From Lama guanicoe (Eukaryota): DNA of 64,000 nt. The translations under genes and the position numbers were made by a program. Within the stretch, counting starts at the first letter, position 1. Each line of letters begins with the position of its first letter. A model generated the notes under the pieces. It was given only the letters and a program-made list of their open reading frames with translations. It was not told the DNA's origin and searched no databases. Shown piece after piece: positions 14,131 through 26,471 of the stretch. The DNA lies in NCBI GenBank assembly GCA_013239625.1, contig MU054220.1, positions 6,917,367-6,981,366 of the forward strand, in the 5' to 3' direction.

Positions 14131-14849
14131 TGCAAAGAGCTTGCTCCTAAAGGGAAATATATGTTGCTTATCATTCTGTGTTACTGTAAGGATTCCTCTG
14201 AGGATAAAATGTTACCCACAGGGTGATATCTACATTTGTTTCGCCATTTGCAGACCCACCCTACAATGTGGCCAGAGTAAAAAAGCAGAGATGATATTTT
14301 AAATTTGAAAGGAAAAAAAAAAAGGAAACCTTGAATTACGTGGCAGATAAATGATTAAGAAATGGAACGTGGTGTCAGACCTTAGAGACTTAAAGCAGGG
14401 AAGACATAGAACTGAGAAAGGAGGGAAGAAGCATTCGTGTTTCGTGAAGAAGGGGAAACTGTTTCTGCTTTATCTTTTGCAAACTGAGAGGCGTGTCACT
14501 TACGCCGGGGTGGCACTTAGGTGGAGAGCGCCTGGGCTGGCTTGAGGAGGAAGAAGCATTCTCCTGAGAAGGCTTTAGGCGGAAAGTGATCTCGAATTGC
14601 TGTTGTTTAAACAGCATGATTCTGGCACAACTAAGCTAGAAGCAAGAGAAGGAATTAGCATATGTGGATCTGGACGGCGACTATCAGGGCGATGTGTGAA
14701 GCTTGTGAGAGCTGGGCAAAAGTTTTAGCAGCTAGATGTTACAGGTGTACAAGTCTTAGCATTTCCTTCTTACATAATGCTTCCTGCCTGTTGCAGTGAC
14801 TGGGGAACAACATAAAAGGATTGCTCAGCACTGGGCAAAGAGGAGATAT

Positions 14850-15620
14850 TCATTTATTGGTTCATTCACTCCTTTGTTAAATGTTTATCGAAAGCCTATG
14901 ATATGTCAAGCCCATTTATTCAGGATTCAACAGCCAACAAATGTTCCTGTAGAGTTTCTCTTTGAGTAGGTGGACACAGAAGTAAATAAGAAAAAAAGAA
15001 TACATAGGGTTTGAGGGCAGTAAGTGCTAAAGAAAAACAATAAATGAAACAGGAAAAGAAAGTAGGGGGTATCTTTGGGTTGCAATTTTTGATAGAATGG
15101 CCAAGAAAAGCGTCACTGAAAAGATGGTGTTTGAGTAAAGACAAGAGAAAGGTGAGGAAGCAAGCTATGAAGTCTAGGAAATGCACTTGCAGCAGAGGGA
15201 GCAGGAAGGAGGCTAGTGGGTTTGAAGAGCGAGCAGAGAGCAGTGTTATCAGAAGATGAGTTCACAGAGGATGTGGGTGGCAAAGGGTAGGGGGAGGAGA
15301 AAACCATGTGGGGTCTTGGGCTCCTCGGTAAAGCACTTAGAATTTTTATTCTGCGTGAAAAAAGAAAGACCGTTATGTAAGTTTGAGCGGAGGACGGAAA
15401 CAATCCAACTTATGATTTAATGGACTCGCTTTGTCTGCTCGTTTGAGATAAGACTGGGTAAGGGGAAATGAAGAAGACATGAGGAGACTGCTAAGACTAC
15501 TAGGGAGACTATTGAGCTAATCCACATAAAAAGATGCTGAGTTTGGGTAAGTGGAGGTGCAGAGAGTTGTCATAGTCTGGAGAATTTTTGAAGGTAGAGG
15601 TGCCTGGATTTATTTTACAC
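14850..15620 (-). mobile_element. LINE-2 (L2) 3' portion
   Basis: 'ttcattcactcctttgttaaatgtttatcga...' tail, then L2 body to 'ggagaatttttgaaggtagag'. Confidence 0.75.
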
Positions 15621-15899
15621 AGAATAGCAAGTCACTTTGGCTCGACTACTTTAACTATTTGGAATACAATGGGCAAGGAGGTTAGGAAAAATTTTTTTAA
15701 TTGTAACAGGAAATTATATGGTATACAGTAGCTCCAGATGTTACAGAGTACTATGAAAAATATATGATAGCAAAATTTGGCCAGTTATTTTAATGAAAAT
15801 TGAATATAATATAACACTGGTTTTTATCTATATGGCATGGGCTATGACTACATTAAAATTTTAGCCACGTGACCTGAAGTGTCTTATTTAAAATGCTTG

Positions 15900-16025
15900 T
15901 GGGTGGAGAGGGTTTAGCTCAGCGGTAGAGTGTGTGCTTCGCATGCACAAGGTCCTGGGTTCAATCCCCAGTACCTCTGTTAATAAATAAATAAACCTAA
16001 TTGCCACCCCCCCCAATTTTTTTTT
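15900..16025 (+). mobile_element. Vic-1-type tRNA-Ala-derived SINE (camelid)
   Basis: A box (tagctcagcgg), B box (ggttcaatccc), A-rich tail with 'cctaattg..cccccc'. 9-bp TSD aaatgcttg at 15891-15899 and 16026-16034. Confidence 0.9.
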
Positions 16026-18249
16026 AAATGCTTGCTTTTGTTATCTGGGAAAAAGAGCAATCATACCAATGTCAGAATATTTTTCTAAATATTCTGTGAT
16101 CTGAGTTGCTTATTGCAATGTTTGGAGTCTAGTGAATGCTGAGTAAATATTATTATCCATTCCATTAAGCTTACAACGGACTTGGGCATTTGTTGAGTTT
16201 AGGCAGTAATCAATGAGCTTGAAGACCTCGTATTAGAGTCAACAAAAAACAAGAAACAAACACTGGACTTGAAATTAAAAGACCTATGTTCAACTGTGGT
16301 GGTCATTTACCTCGCCTTATGGTTTGTAGATATTAAGGTTAATTCAGGTCTCATAACTTCAATCCACCACTTTTTCTATTATGCTCACATTTCTCAGGAA
16401 CAGAGGTTGCACTGTACCCAGCAGGATCCCAAACCCTGCATCCCAATGAAATTTATTCTTCACTACTCAGGAATCTTTGGGTCTGACCAAGTCAGTCAGA
16501 GTTGGTGTTTGTAAATCTTGTTGGTACGTCATTAGAGAGATAAACTGGAGACTCAGAAGCTATCAAAGGAAAAGCCATTTGGGACACATCCAGACTAGTT
16601 TGTGTCACTAAACGAATTCTCAAGTTACCAGGATTATTTTGGGGGGCAGGATTCTGAGAATACAATTATTACCAAATTGGGAGATTTTGTTTTGAACATA
16701 AACTGCTACAGACGAGCAATAAAGAAAAACAAAAATACTGTCCTCAGATAGTTTTTAATCTAGTTGGAATTAGTGATGGGAGAATAAGTGAACTGGAATC
16801 TAATTCAAACGTATTCATTAAGGCAATTTCTTTTTAACAAAATTTTATAACACTCTCTATATCATTATAGTAATCTGAAGTGAAGCAAATATCTTACAGT
16901 GATTGCAGAGTAGAAGTTTGGAAACTGTATGATAATAGAACATTTTTCCCATTCTCTGTTCAAAATTGGGGTGCATTGACCAGAATAGTAGCCAGCTTTC
17001 TAGGTACTGTTTATTTTTGAATGAATGAACAAATTTAAATTTGCATATTCAAATGGATTTTGGTACACTGAAATGTAGAAAAACAAAATTTTTGCCTCCT
17101 GGAAGATGTTCCAATGTGATACTGGAAAATTTAAAGGAATTTTTCATTTCATAGAGTCTTTTACCATTTTAAAGCAGTTGTGTTTAATTTGTTAGTTTCT
17201 ATAATGTAGAGAGCTATGATAAATGATTTTTCATTTTCTCTGTTGGGGTAGGAGGAGGGTTCCCATGCTATTGTTGAAAAATGGAACCTCTCATGAAGAA
17301 ATACATTCTCATGTGGTCCCTGGCCAGCATTTCCAGGGAGGACGTGACCTCCTGTTATGAAGAGATAACACTTGTGTGGTACCGATGCTCAGTTTGTTAC
17401 TCGAAAGCCAGGACATCATTAAAAAACAGGCTGGCACCTCAGTAGGTTTTCTTGAGTAAGTGGAGTGTTCCTGTAGCCTTCAGTTAGCAGGAGAAATTAA
17501 TTTTGTTAATCAGAAATCAAAGCTTTGATACTTGGCACCACTACAAATAAAGATGGTGAATTCCAAAATAATATTACTTCATGGATCTTAGGAGTTACTT
17601 TAGGCATTCATTCCAAACTTCTGTTAGAATCTAAGGGACAGGCAAGAAAATTAGTGCAAACCAAGAAATTTATTTCTGTGGCTGGGTAATTAAGCAAAGA
17701 AAATTAGGTCAAAGAGATTCCCTATTGTTGGAACAACATCAAGAAGATCATTTAAACTTAAAATAGAGAGCGGTTTCTATGCCTCAGAATTTTCTGAATT
17801 GTCTCTCCCTGTAATTCCTTTTCTATGAAATGTCAATAGATGCTTTCTTTAGAAAAAGGTTTTTGAGGTTAAGAAATGTTGCCACCTGTTAGTTGAATAA
17901 TATCTACAATTATTTTTAGCTGAAGAATCTCTCTGGATCTCTGGTAGACCACATAGTATGAAAGCATATCCACTGTATTTGACAATGGAATCCTTTTTTT
18001 TTAATTATTGCTCTTAATATTAGACAGAATCTGGTTTCCTTTCAAGACAGTTTGGGAAAAACAAATCTCCTTGTTAATTGGTTTATTTCAGTAAAAGTTA
18101 AGTGTTTCTCCAAAATGATTTGGTTTGATTAAATGGCTGTAACTGGTGGCCTGGTATAGACATTACCTGAGTGTATCCTGTATTCCTTCAAAGGGGACAG
18201 ATTTCTGTTTAAATACTTCAAGAAATATTTTATGTGTGTGATATTACAA

Positions 18250-18420
18250 CTGCTTATTGAGAACTTTCTATATACCGGGTCCCATGATAAGTGCTTCACA
18301 TTTCCTCACTCAGTTGATTTTTTAAATTTTAATTCATCCAACAACACTGTGAGGTAAACACAATTATTATCACTACTTTATGGATGAGAAAACTGAAACA
18401 AAATTTATGTGCCTTTCACA
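18250..18420 (-). mobile_element. MIR SINE
   Basis: 'aacaacactgtgaggtaaacacaattattatcactactttatggatgagaaaactgaa'. Confidence 0.75.
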
Positions 18421-19729
18421 ACACACACAGTACAAACATGGGCACATCGAGCCATTGTTTCAGCTGAAAACAACTTAGTGACCGTTTTCTCCAACTCATT
18501 TCATAAATGAGGAAACGGGGATTTGTCTCTTTTTAGCTAACTAACAAGATCCTGGCAGATCTTGGCAGATCCTGAAATAGAATATAAAGCTCTTGCAGAA
18601 TTTGATGCCATAAACTAGATATGTCAGTAAATGTCCATAAAATAAACTTTACAAACTTATAGTCATCCCCTCATGTTTAAAGATTGGGTAAAGGAAATTA
18701 AAAATGGTAGGTATGTGTATGGATTTTTTTTAATGTGAGTTTTAACAGGTAGATCTTCCCCATAGGGAGTTTATTATTTTTGCTACCTGATTATTGAAAT
18801 ATTTGATAAAAATAGTCACCACTAGGATTTTACTAGCCATAGTAAAGTTATTCATTAGCTAAGCATATTAAAGTTGCTCTAAAATACAGTTATTATGGTT
18901 ACACTATTTTACAAATAAGAAAACAAGATTGATACTAAGTCCTTTGCCTAAAATCTCATACTGAGAAAGCAGGGGAGCTGGGGCTTAAACCCAATGCTCT
19001 TCTCATTCTGATTACTGCTTCCTTTAGCAAAACGTTTAATCAGTATGAGATTGGGCTAATTCATTCAGGTTATCGTCTAAAGTATGTATGGGTCTGGGAA
19101 CTGAAAAATCAATTAAAGTGGAGAGAAGATATGTTCCCTCTATGCTCAAAAACTTTCCAGAAACACAAAACTGGAATGCAGCTCATCTTTTTCAGTCTGT
19201 CTTCTCTGATGGCCAAGAGATGAGCCTAATTGTTCTAGGCATGGAGTGTATTATGGGGCAAAATGCAAAAGACTGAATTCACGCGAACAGGTCCATATCT
19301 CCTCTTGTAATTCTCTATAGAGTCTTTTGTGTAAAAGTCTACGCCTACACCTTACCCTCGCATCCACGTCATTGTGGGCCATACATTTTCTTTCAGTTGC
19401 TTATATATAACTACAATAAAATAAAACTCTTTTTAACTAGGAAAGTTGATTTTGTAGTGTACATTGGGAGCTGAACAACATAAAATGCAATTTTATAAAA
19501 ATTTTTAATTTATTATATTTAAATTAAGATTTAATTTTTAAAAGCTCTGTATGAAGAAAAAAATGCTTACAATCATAATAAATTTGTTTAGTTTGTGATT
19601 AAGTAGATGGTGGAATTTGTGTTATGATAAAGTAGAAAGACCACTGGGTTGGAGACCATGATAGATTGGTTTTAGCTACTTTGCCATTAAATGTAAAATG
19701 GACTTGGATCAAGTTGCCTTCACATGCTG

Positions 19730-20170
19730 TCCTGTGGTCTGTGAACCCAAGCTCTCGAACTAGACTGCTCAGATTCCAGTCCCAGCTCTCCATCCCAGTT
19801 GGTTGGCCTAGGGGAAAGTCTATAAGTTCTCTGTGTCTCAGAATCATTTTCTGAATAACAGATACAAAAAGAATACCTATCTCTAAAAGCTGAGGGGAGG
19901 GTATAGCTCAAGTGGTAGAGCACAGGCTTAGCATGCATGAGGTCCTGGGTTCAATCCCCAGTACCTGCACTTAAAAAAAGAAAAAACAACAATAAATAAA
20001 TAAATAGACTAATGACCTCCCCCCAAAAAAAGATAAAAAATAAATAAAAATTAAGAAAAAAACCTAACGCCTAAAGTTTGTGTGTAAATTAATTCATTTA
20101 ATACATGAAAATTTTCCCCAGACAGACAACAGTGCCTGACAGATATTAAGCACCCAATAAATTCTGACTA
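19730..20170 (+). mobile_element. MIR SINE split by a Vic-1 insertion
   Basis: MIR core at 19730-19890 resumes at ~20070 ('taaattaattcatttaatacatgaaaa...acagtgcctgacagatattaagcacccaataaa'). Confidence 0.7.
19894..20060 (+). mobile_element. Vic-1-type tRNA-Ala-derived SINE (camelid)
   Basis: 'ggggagggtatagctcaagtggtagagcac..cttagcatgcatgaggtcctgggttcaatccccagtacc' followed by an A-rich tail, a C-run and a second A-rich tail. Confidence 0.92.
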
Positions 20171-20369
20171 TTAATAATTTAGATCCAGTCAACTATTAAT
20201 TGAACATATACTGTGTGGTGGACACTGAGCAAGGAACTGGGGATAGTATACAAGAATAAGAAGACCAGGTCCCATCCTATGTGCCCCTTGTAATTTTGCA
20301 TATCACATGTAAGCAGATACAGTCATGATTATAGTTGATGTGCAACAAACATTATTAAAAGTGTCTCAT

Positions 20370-21029
20370 AAAAACAAAAATAAACAAATGGGACCTAATT
20401 AAACTGAAAAGCTTTTACATAGCAAAGGAAACTATAAACAAAACAAAAACACAACTTATGAAATGGGAGAAATATTTGCAAACGATGTGACCAACAAGGG
20501 ATTAATTTCCAAAATGCATAAACAGTTCATATAGCTCAGCATCAAAAATAAACAACCTAGTCAAAAAATGGGCAGAAGATCTAAACAGACAGTTCTCCAA
20601 AGAAGACATACAGATGGCCAACAGGCACATTAAAAGATGCTCAACATCACTAATTATTAAAGAAATGAAAATCAAAACCATAATGAGGTATCACCTCATA
20701 CCAGTCAGAATGGCCATCATCAAAAAGTCTACAAATAATAAATGCTGGGATAGGGTGTGGAGAAAAGGGGACCCTCCTACGCTGTTGGTGGGAATGTAAA
20801 TTGGGGTAACCATTATGGAAAACAGAATGGAGGTTCCTTAAAAAACTAAAAATAGACTTACCATATGATCCAGCACTGGGCATATATCCAGAGAAAACTC
20901 TAATTCTAAAAGACACATGCACTCCAATGTTCATAGCAGCACTATTTACAACAGCCAAGACATGGAGACAACCTAAATGCCCATCAATAGATGAATGGAT
21001 AAAGAAGATATACATAGACACACACACAA

Positions 21030-21060
<31 letters not shown>

Positions 21061-21525
21061 TACAATGGAATATTACTTGCCCATAAAAAGAATAATGCAG
21101 CAGCATAGATGGGCTATTATACTAGGTGAAGTAAGTGAGAAAGAGAAAGACATGTATAATATGATATCAATTATATGTGGAATATAAAAAGAAGGGATAC
21201 AAATGAACTTATTTACAAAACAGAAATAGTTCACAGACCTAGAAAACAGATTTATAGTTACCAAAGGGGAAAGGGTGGGAGGGATAAATTAGGAGTTTGG
21301 GATTGACATATATAAAATAGATAACCAACAAGGACCTTCTGTATAGCACAGGGAATAATATTCAATATCTTATAATAATCTATAATGGAAAAGAATCTGA
21401 AATAGAAGATACATATACATACACACATACGCACACACACACACACACATATATATAACTAAATCACTTTGCTGTACACCTGAAGCATTGTAAATCAACT
21501 ATACTTCAATAAAAAATAAAGGAAA
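20370..21525 (+). mobile_element. 5'-truncated LINE-1 (ORF2 C-terminus, 3'UTR, poly-A)
   Basis: ORF2 peptides [28 protein letters not shown] and [27 protein letters not shown]; 3' end 'gctgtacacctgaagcattgtaaatcaactatacttcaataaaaa'. 13-bp TSD aaaagtgtctYat (20357-20369 / 21526-21538). Internal (CA)n tracts. Confidence 0.95.
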
Positions 21526-23991
21526 AAAAGTGTCTTATGATACAGAAGTAGTTTGCAGAAGAAGGCAATTGCCTTTAAGATTTTATAATGATTTTCATAA
21601 CTGAACAAGATTTTAACTGATGACAGATGAGCACTGGGAAGAAAGGCTTTGTGTTTATACTGGTTGAACAGCAGGTGCAAATGCCCGATGTGAATACGAA
21701 TGAATATGAAATGGAATGTTTCAATGATAGGTCCAGGCAACTAGCGGCACTTGATATAGCCGGTGGAGACGGGGTGGTGAGTGGTAGAGATAAGATTAGA
21801 GCTGTAGGAAAGGCTACATACAAATAGACTTTATGTCATACTAAAACGTATCCCTGTTATTTTCACTCTGGCTGCACTGGGTTCCCAATGGATGAAGAGA
21901 GCAAAGAAGGGGGCAACTTACTGAAAGGATGTTCTTCTGATTCATAATCGAGATGAAGGAGGCAGAAGAGAACAAAGGAAAATGTGAGCTTTATGGCCTC
22001 AGTTTACTTGATTAAATTCAGTAGCGTACACACCTCCCAGACATCACGTCCTCGTAGGGAGAAACAAACCTGTGGAGCACGTGAAGCAATGAAGCATAAA
22101 TTTCCCTCTTGGCTATGGATTCTCTGAAAAACTGTTGTAAATTGAGGGTAAAAAGTGTTACTTCTATCATTCCACATTTTATAATGTGGAGTCTCAGATA
22201 TTGTTATGCTTTCCCTACCAATGAAAAGAGAAAGCTTTGCCGTGTTAGGATCCTTATATGCAAGCCTTAATGACTACAAAGATGTTTCCTAAATGATCAA
22301 CGCATAACAGAGAACGCCAAGACCACTGTCTCTTAAATACACATTAACTGAATACGTAGAAAGTAGCAGGTTGAATGGGGCTGCTATGAGACTGAACTCC
22401 TGTCAGTCCAGTGCAAAATGACAGGAACTCACTCACACTTCTTTATCTTTTTATTTGTAGTTCTGACATATTTTTTCATATTCTACAATGAAGGGGAGTT
22501 TTGAATGGAAAGGTTTATCTTTATTGTCTCCTGTCCCTCAGTGATCCCAATACAACACCAGAGCTGAATCAAAGAAATTCAGCAGGCTGTAAAGGGTCTG
22601 AGAGGGCTTTCTAGTCTACCTCCTTCCAGTCCAAGCTTTTGACTCAGGTTTAGTGACTGGCCTAAGGCTATTGAGCAAGAGAAAAGCAGAGGAGATTCCA
22701 AGAGTTCTTGCCCTGTAGTTTGTTTTTGGTTTTTTTTTTTTTTTTTTGGTCCACTACACTGCACTGTAATTATCTATTTATTGTGGTCTCTTATAGTTAG
22801 CTAATTTCTGACAGTTTTGTTAGCACATAAAATGGAAGGCATAGATGAGGTCGCACAAAGAACTTCCTCTCATTAACTCCAAATGCAAAAGCAGATTGCA
22901 AGCTTTAGAAGGCCACAGACAGCACATTGCGAAAACAGAGCCAGCTCAGCTCCTGCTTGACTCTTTTGCTGTCATGTAGGTTTTCTTTCAACTTCCATTT
23001 CTCACATCTGAAGATGCTACATATGTAATGGACTTTTTCATTTGTTGGTTAATGCACTCCTAACAGCCCATTTTTGCATGAAATGTAAACCACCTGCAAG
23101 GAATAATAAATACTAACATTTTATGCATATTATGCATGGTTTGAAGAATTGAATAAGCATGTCTTGACACTCCCTGTGAATTCAGTAGCGCTTCATTCTA
23201 CAACAAGCCAGGTTAAAAGAAGAGTTACTGAGATAGTACCAAATGTGGAAAGTTTCTAGGAAGCAAAAGTAAACACTGAGAACGATAAGCTTCTAGACCA
23301 GGACATCAGCACAGAAGAGGAAGGCAATACGGCTATAGGATTTGGGGGGAAATGTCTACCAAGACAATGGAAAATAATCGCCAGAGACTGAGCGGCAAAC
23401 TATAGAGATGGGCAGATTTTACACAGACTTCTAGGGACAGAAGAGCTACTGTGGGGTAACTGCATGTGCTACTCAGTTGAGAAGGAAAATGAGGCTCCAT
23501 CCAGACTTAGTTGGAAAGAGTACAGTGGTTTCACAGGGGTATTGGCCATGGACCTCAGAATGGACAGTTATGACTCTTGGTTCTCGTATTTGGTGATTGT
23601 AATCATGATTCAACCTACCCATTTATAGATGAAAAAGTAAAAAACAGAAATCCCCAAATGCTATGTGCTGTCCTAAAATCTGTAGTGATTCAATGGCAGA
23701 GCTTGACGTAGAAGACAAGTGATGTAGTCATGCTAATGGCAGTGGGATAAACCTCCAACCCAAAACTGATTCAGATGTTGAAGTTGAAAATGCCACACCT
23801 CATTATACCAAGAGGGTACAATGAGATTTATTACTCATAGGATGAGGCTTTCTGGGGAGAGCAGAGCAGGCTCCCAAGCAGATCCAAAACGACTTGAGAG
23901 AAAAAGGAAGGCTCTCTCTGTCTTGGGATTTTATTGTGGTTAAGTGACAGGACTGGGGTAAGGTTTTGTATGCTCGGGCCAGGGATTGCAT

Positions 23992-24449
23992 GGTATCTTA
24001 GTTTTTTTAGAGTTGTTGCAATAGAATGAAACAAACCAGGTGGCTTAAACACCAGAAGCTTTTTCTCTAACATTTCCAGAGCCTAGAAGTCTGAAATCAC
24101 GTCTGTGGTGGCAGTGGCAGTAGGCTTAGCTCACTGTGGAGGCTCTGAGAGAAAATCTGTTCCGTGCCTCTCTCCTAGCTTCTGGTGGTTGCTAGAAATC
24201 CTTGGCATTCGTTGGCTAATAGCTGTTGCGCTACAATCTATGCCTACATCATCACATGGTCTTGTTCTCTGTGTCTCTCCTCTTCTGATAAAAACATCAG
24301 TCATACTAATTAAGGGCACACCCTAATCCAGTATCACCTCCTTTTAACTCAGCTAATTACATCTACAAAGACCCTATTTCAAAATACAGTCACATTTTGA
24401 GGTTCCAGATGGACATGAATTTTGGGGAGACATGATTCAACCCAGTGCA
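23992..24449 (-). mobile_element. MaLR solo LTR, MLT1B-like
   Basis: 'ggtggcttaaacaccagaagc...agaagtctgaaatca...tctctcctagcttctggtggttgc...ggacatgaattttggggagacatgattcaacccagtgca'. Confidence 0.85.
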
Positions 24450-26039
24450 TGTGGTTAGAGCTTCCTGCCTGTGCCAAACAAGGAAGCTCATGGATTTTCT
24501 GATTATCTTGTCAATGGAGGTATAGGATTTTGGAAGCTGTTAGCAATCAAACATTAAAAACAGAGTCAGACTCTTTAATGCAAAAAATCTCTTGAGTCCT
24601 CAGTAAGTTACAGTCTTTGCTTGTTTATCAATAAGAAGGATGCCACTAACATTTATCTTTCAAACATGTACCCTTACGGCTGTGAGAAAAAGTTGCTACA
24701 GTATCGCAGGTGTTGAATTATGTCTAAAAGCTGTACGCTAATCTGTCCTAGGGACGTATGATCATACGCCCAACCTACCCCATAATAAAGAATCCAGAAT
24801 TAGGAAATATTTGAAGATAATTTTCAAGCAAGTAGATCACATCAGGCCAGGAACAATGGTGCACTTATGATCAGTTCCTTGACTAGGATGCTAAAGGAAG
24901 TTGGAATAGATACCAGAGCTTAGGACAGCCATAGAACAATGAGAACTGTAGCTCTCCGGGGCCTTGGAGCCCTCATGTCCCCTTTGTGCACCAAGTATCA
25001 AATAAACCACCCCTTTTCCTATCTTAAAAGGAAATGTATAGTTAATGGTATCTACCTGGCACGTATAAGACTAATACTTGGTAATTAATATAATTATCTA
25101 AGTGTAATAAAAAAATACAGAAAATCCGTTTTTTTAAATGTGTGTTGGTATATAAATAACTAGACCCTTCCACCCTAGACATCACCATGGAGCAATCAGA
25201 TGCCTCCACCTAGCTGTAGAGTTGCTGAGAATAAGACAGCTGCAAATGCAAGTCCATGGTATTGGTGACAGGAAAATCATAAGCAGAGTGGCCAGCTGGG
25301 ATGCACATTTCTGAAGTGATGGCCAGTTATTGGTAAAGATCTGAACAAAAGAGAGTGTCTTCTCTTGATTTATATGGTAGTTTAATTCCTTGTAAAGTCC
25401 ATGCATAGTTAAAGCTTGCAAAAATATTTTAATTTATATGTAAACCAGAATTAGAATCCAGGCTTAATTATATTCAGAGTTTTCTTACGTATTTGAGTAT
25501 CTGGTGGGACACCTATGTATCTAATATGCATCCTGACAAGCAAAACGTGCTTCAACAAATATCCAAAATCCCACAGAGACCCATTAGACTAGAGTATTTC
25601 AAATTTCTAGATTTAAAGAGAATGCTCTTCTTCCAGTATAGTAGGTGATGACATGAACTTTTTAATGTAACTTTTGAAAACTGTCAATTAAAGCCAATTT
25701 TAACAGGTTCTATCAGGCATAGAAATTAAAATGCCCTCACCTTTCTGACTTAGCAGATTTATTTAATGCAGTGGAAACACTTCACTCCGCTTAGAAAGGG
25801 AGACCAGTGTCTGTTGGGGGTTGTTGATTTTAATCAAATGGAGATAAGGGTTATTCAATAAATATTGATGTGAATAAGACTGTGATGTCCCAAATCGATT
25901 TGGATGGAGAAATGGAAACACATTTCTATGTGATATTAATGAAGCTAGTGATCAGAAGCAGCACATGCCAGCTTTATTTTGTAAAGAGATTGAACATAGA
26001 GTTCAGGTTGGTGGAATCCAATGTGTAGGAACTGGACTG

Positions 26040-26285
26040 CAAGCTTAATATGAACACACTGTAACTGGTCTACTGAGAAAGAGTTTATGGAAATATATAC
26101 AATTATGATCGATATTAAATATAATATAAATTGATTGGGCAGTGTTCAAAGAAGTGTAGTGTCTAGAATTAGACAGTTCTCTGCACTGATCAGACACTGT
26201 CAACTTTTATGCTTATTCTGGATCTTGCATTTAAGAAAATGGAATGGAACATGTCCAGAAAAGAGCATCAAAGTGGTAAAAAAAT
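26040..26285 (+). mobile_element. L3/CR1 LINE fragment
   Basis: 'aagcttaatatgaa...agaagtgtagtgtctaga...ctctgcactgatcagac...ggaacatgtccagaaaagagcatcaaagtggt' resembles the CR1/L3 ORF2 3' region. Confidence 0.65.
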
Positions 26286-26471
26286 GTGTATGTATAGATG
26301 TTTGCGTGCATGTATACGTGTTCATGCATATCAATTTTTTATGTATGTAGACCATCAATCCTGAAAAAAATACTTATGTTTCATGTTCTTATATTTGCAT
26401 TCTTTTCTTTGACTATGTATACATATACACACATTGAATTTTACTTTCAAGTGTATATTTCAATTAATATT

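Noticed and set aside
14390..14617. Resemblance of MLFKQQ to the HS3ST5 N-terminus
   Set aside because: Similarity stops after six residues and the rest is unrelated
15900..15980. tRNA-Ala-like genes (also at 19894, 31466 and 35210)
   Set aside because: A-rich tails, TSDs and decayed stems show these are SINE copies, not tRNA genes
22720..22790. Poly-T plus tttatt suggesting another retrocopy
   Set aside because: The signal is ~30 nt from the tail, there is no TSD, and the adjacent sequence resembles an L2 fragment
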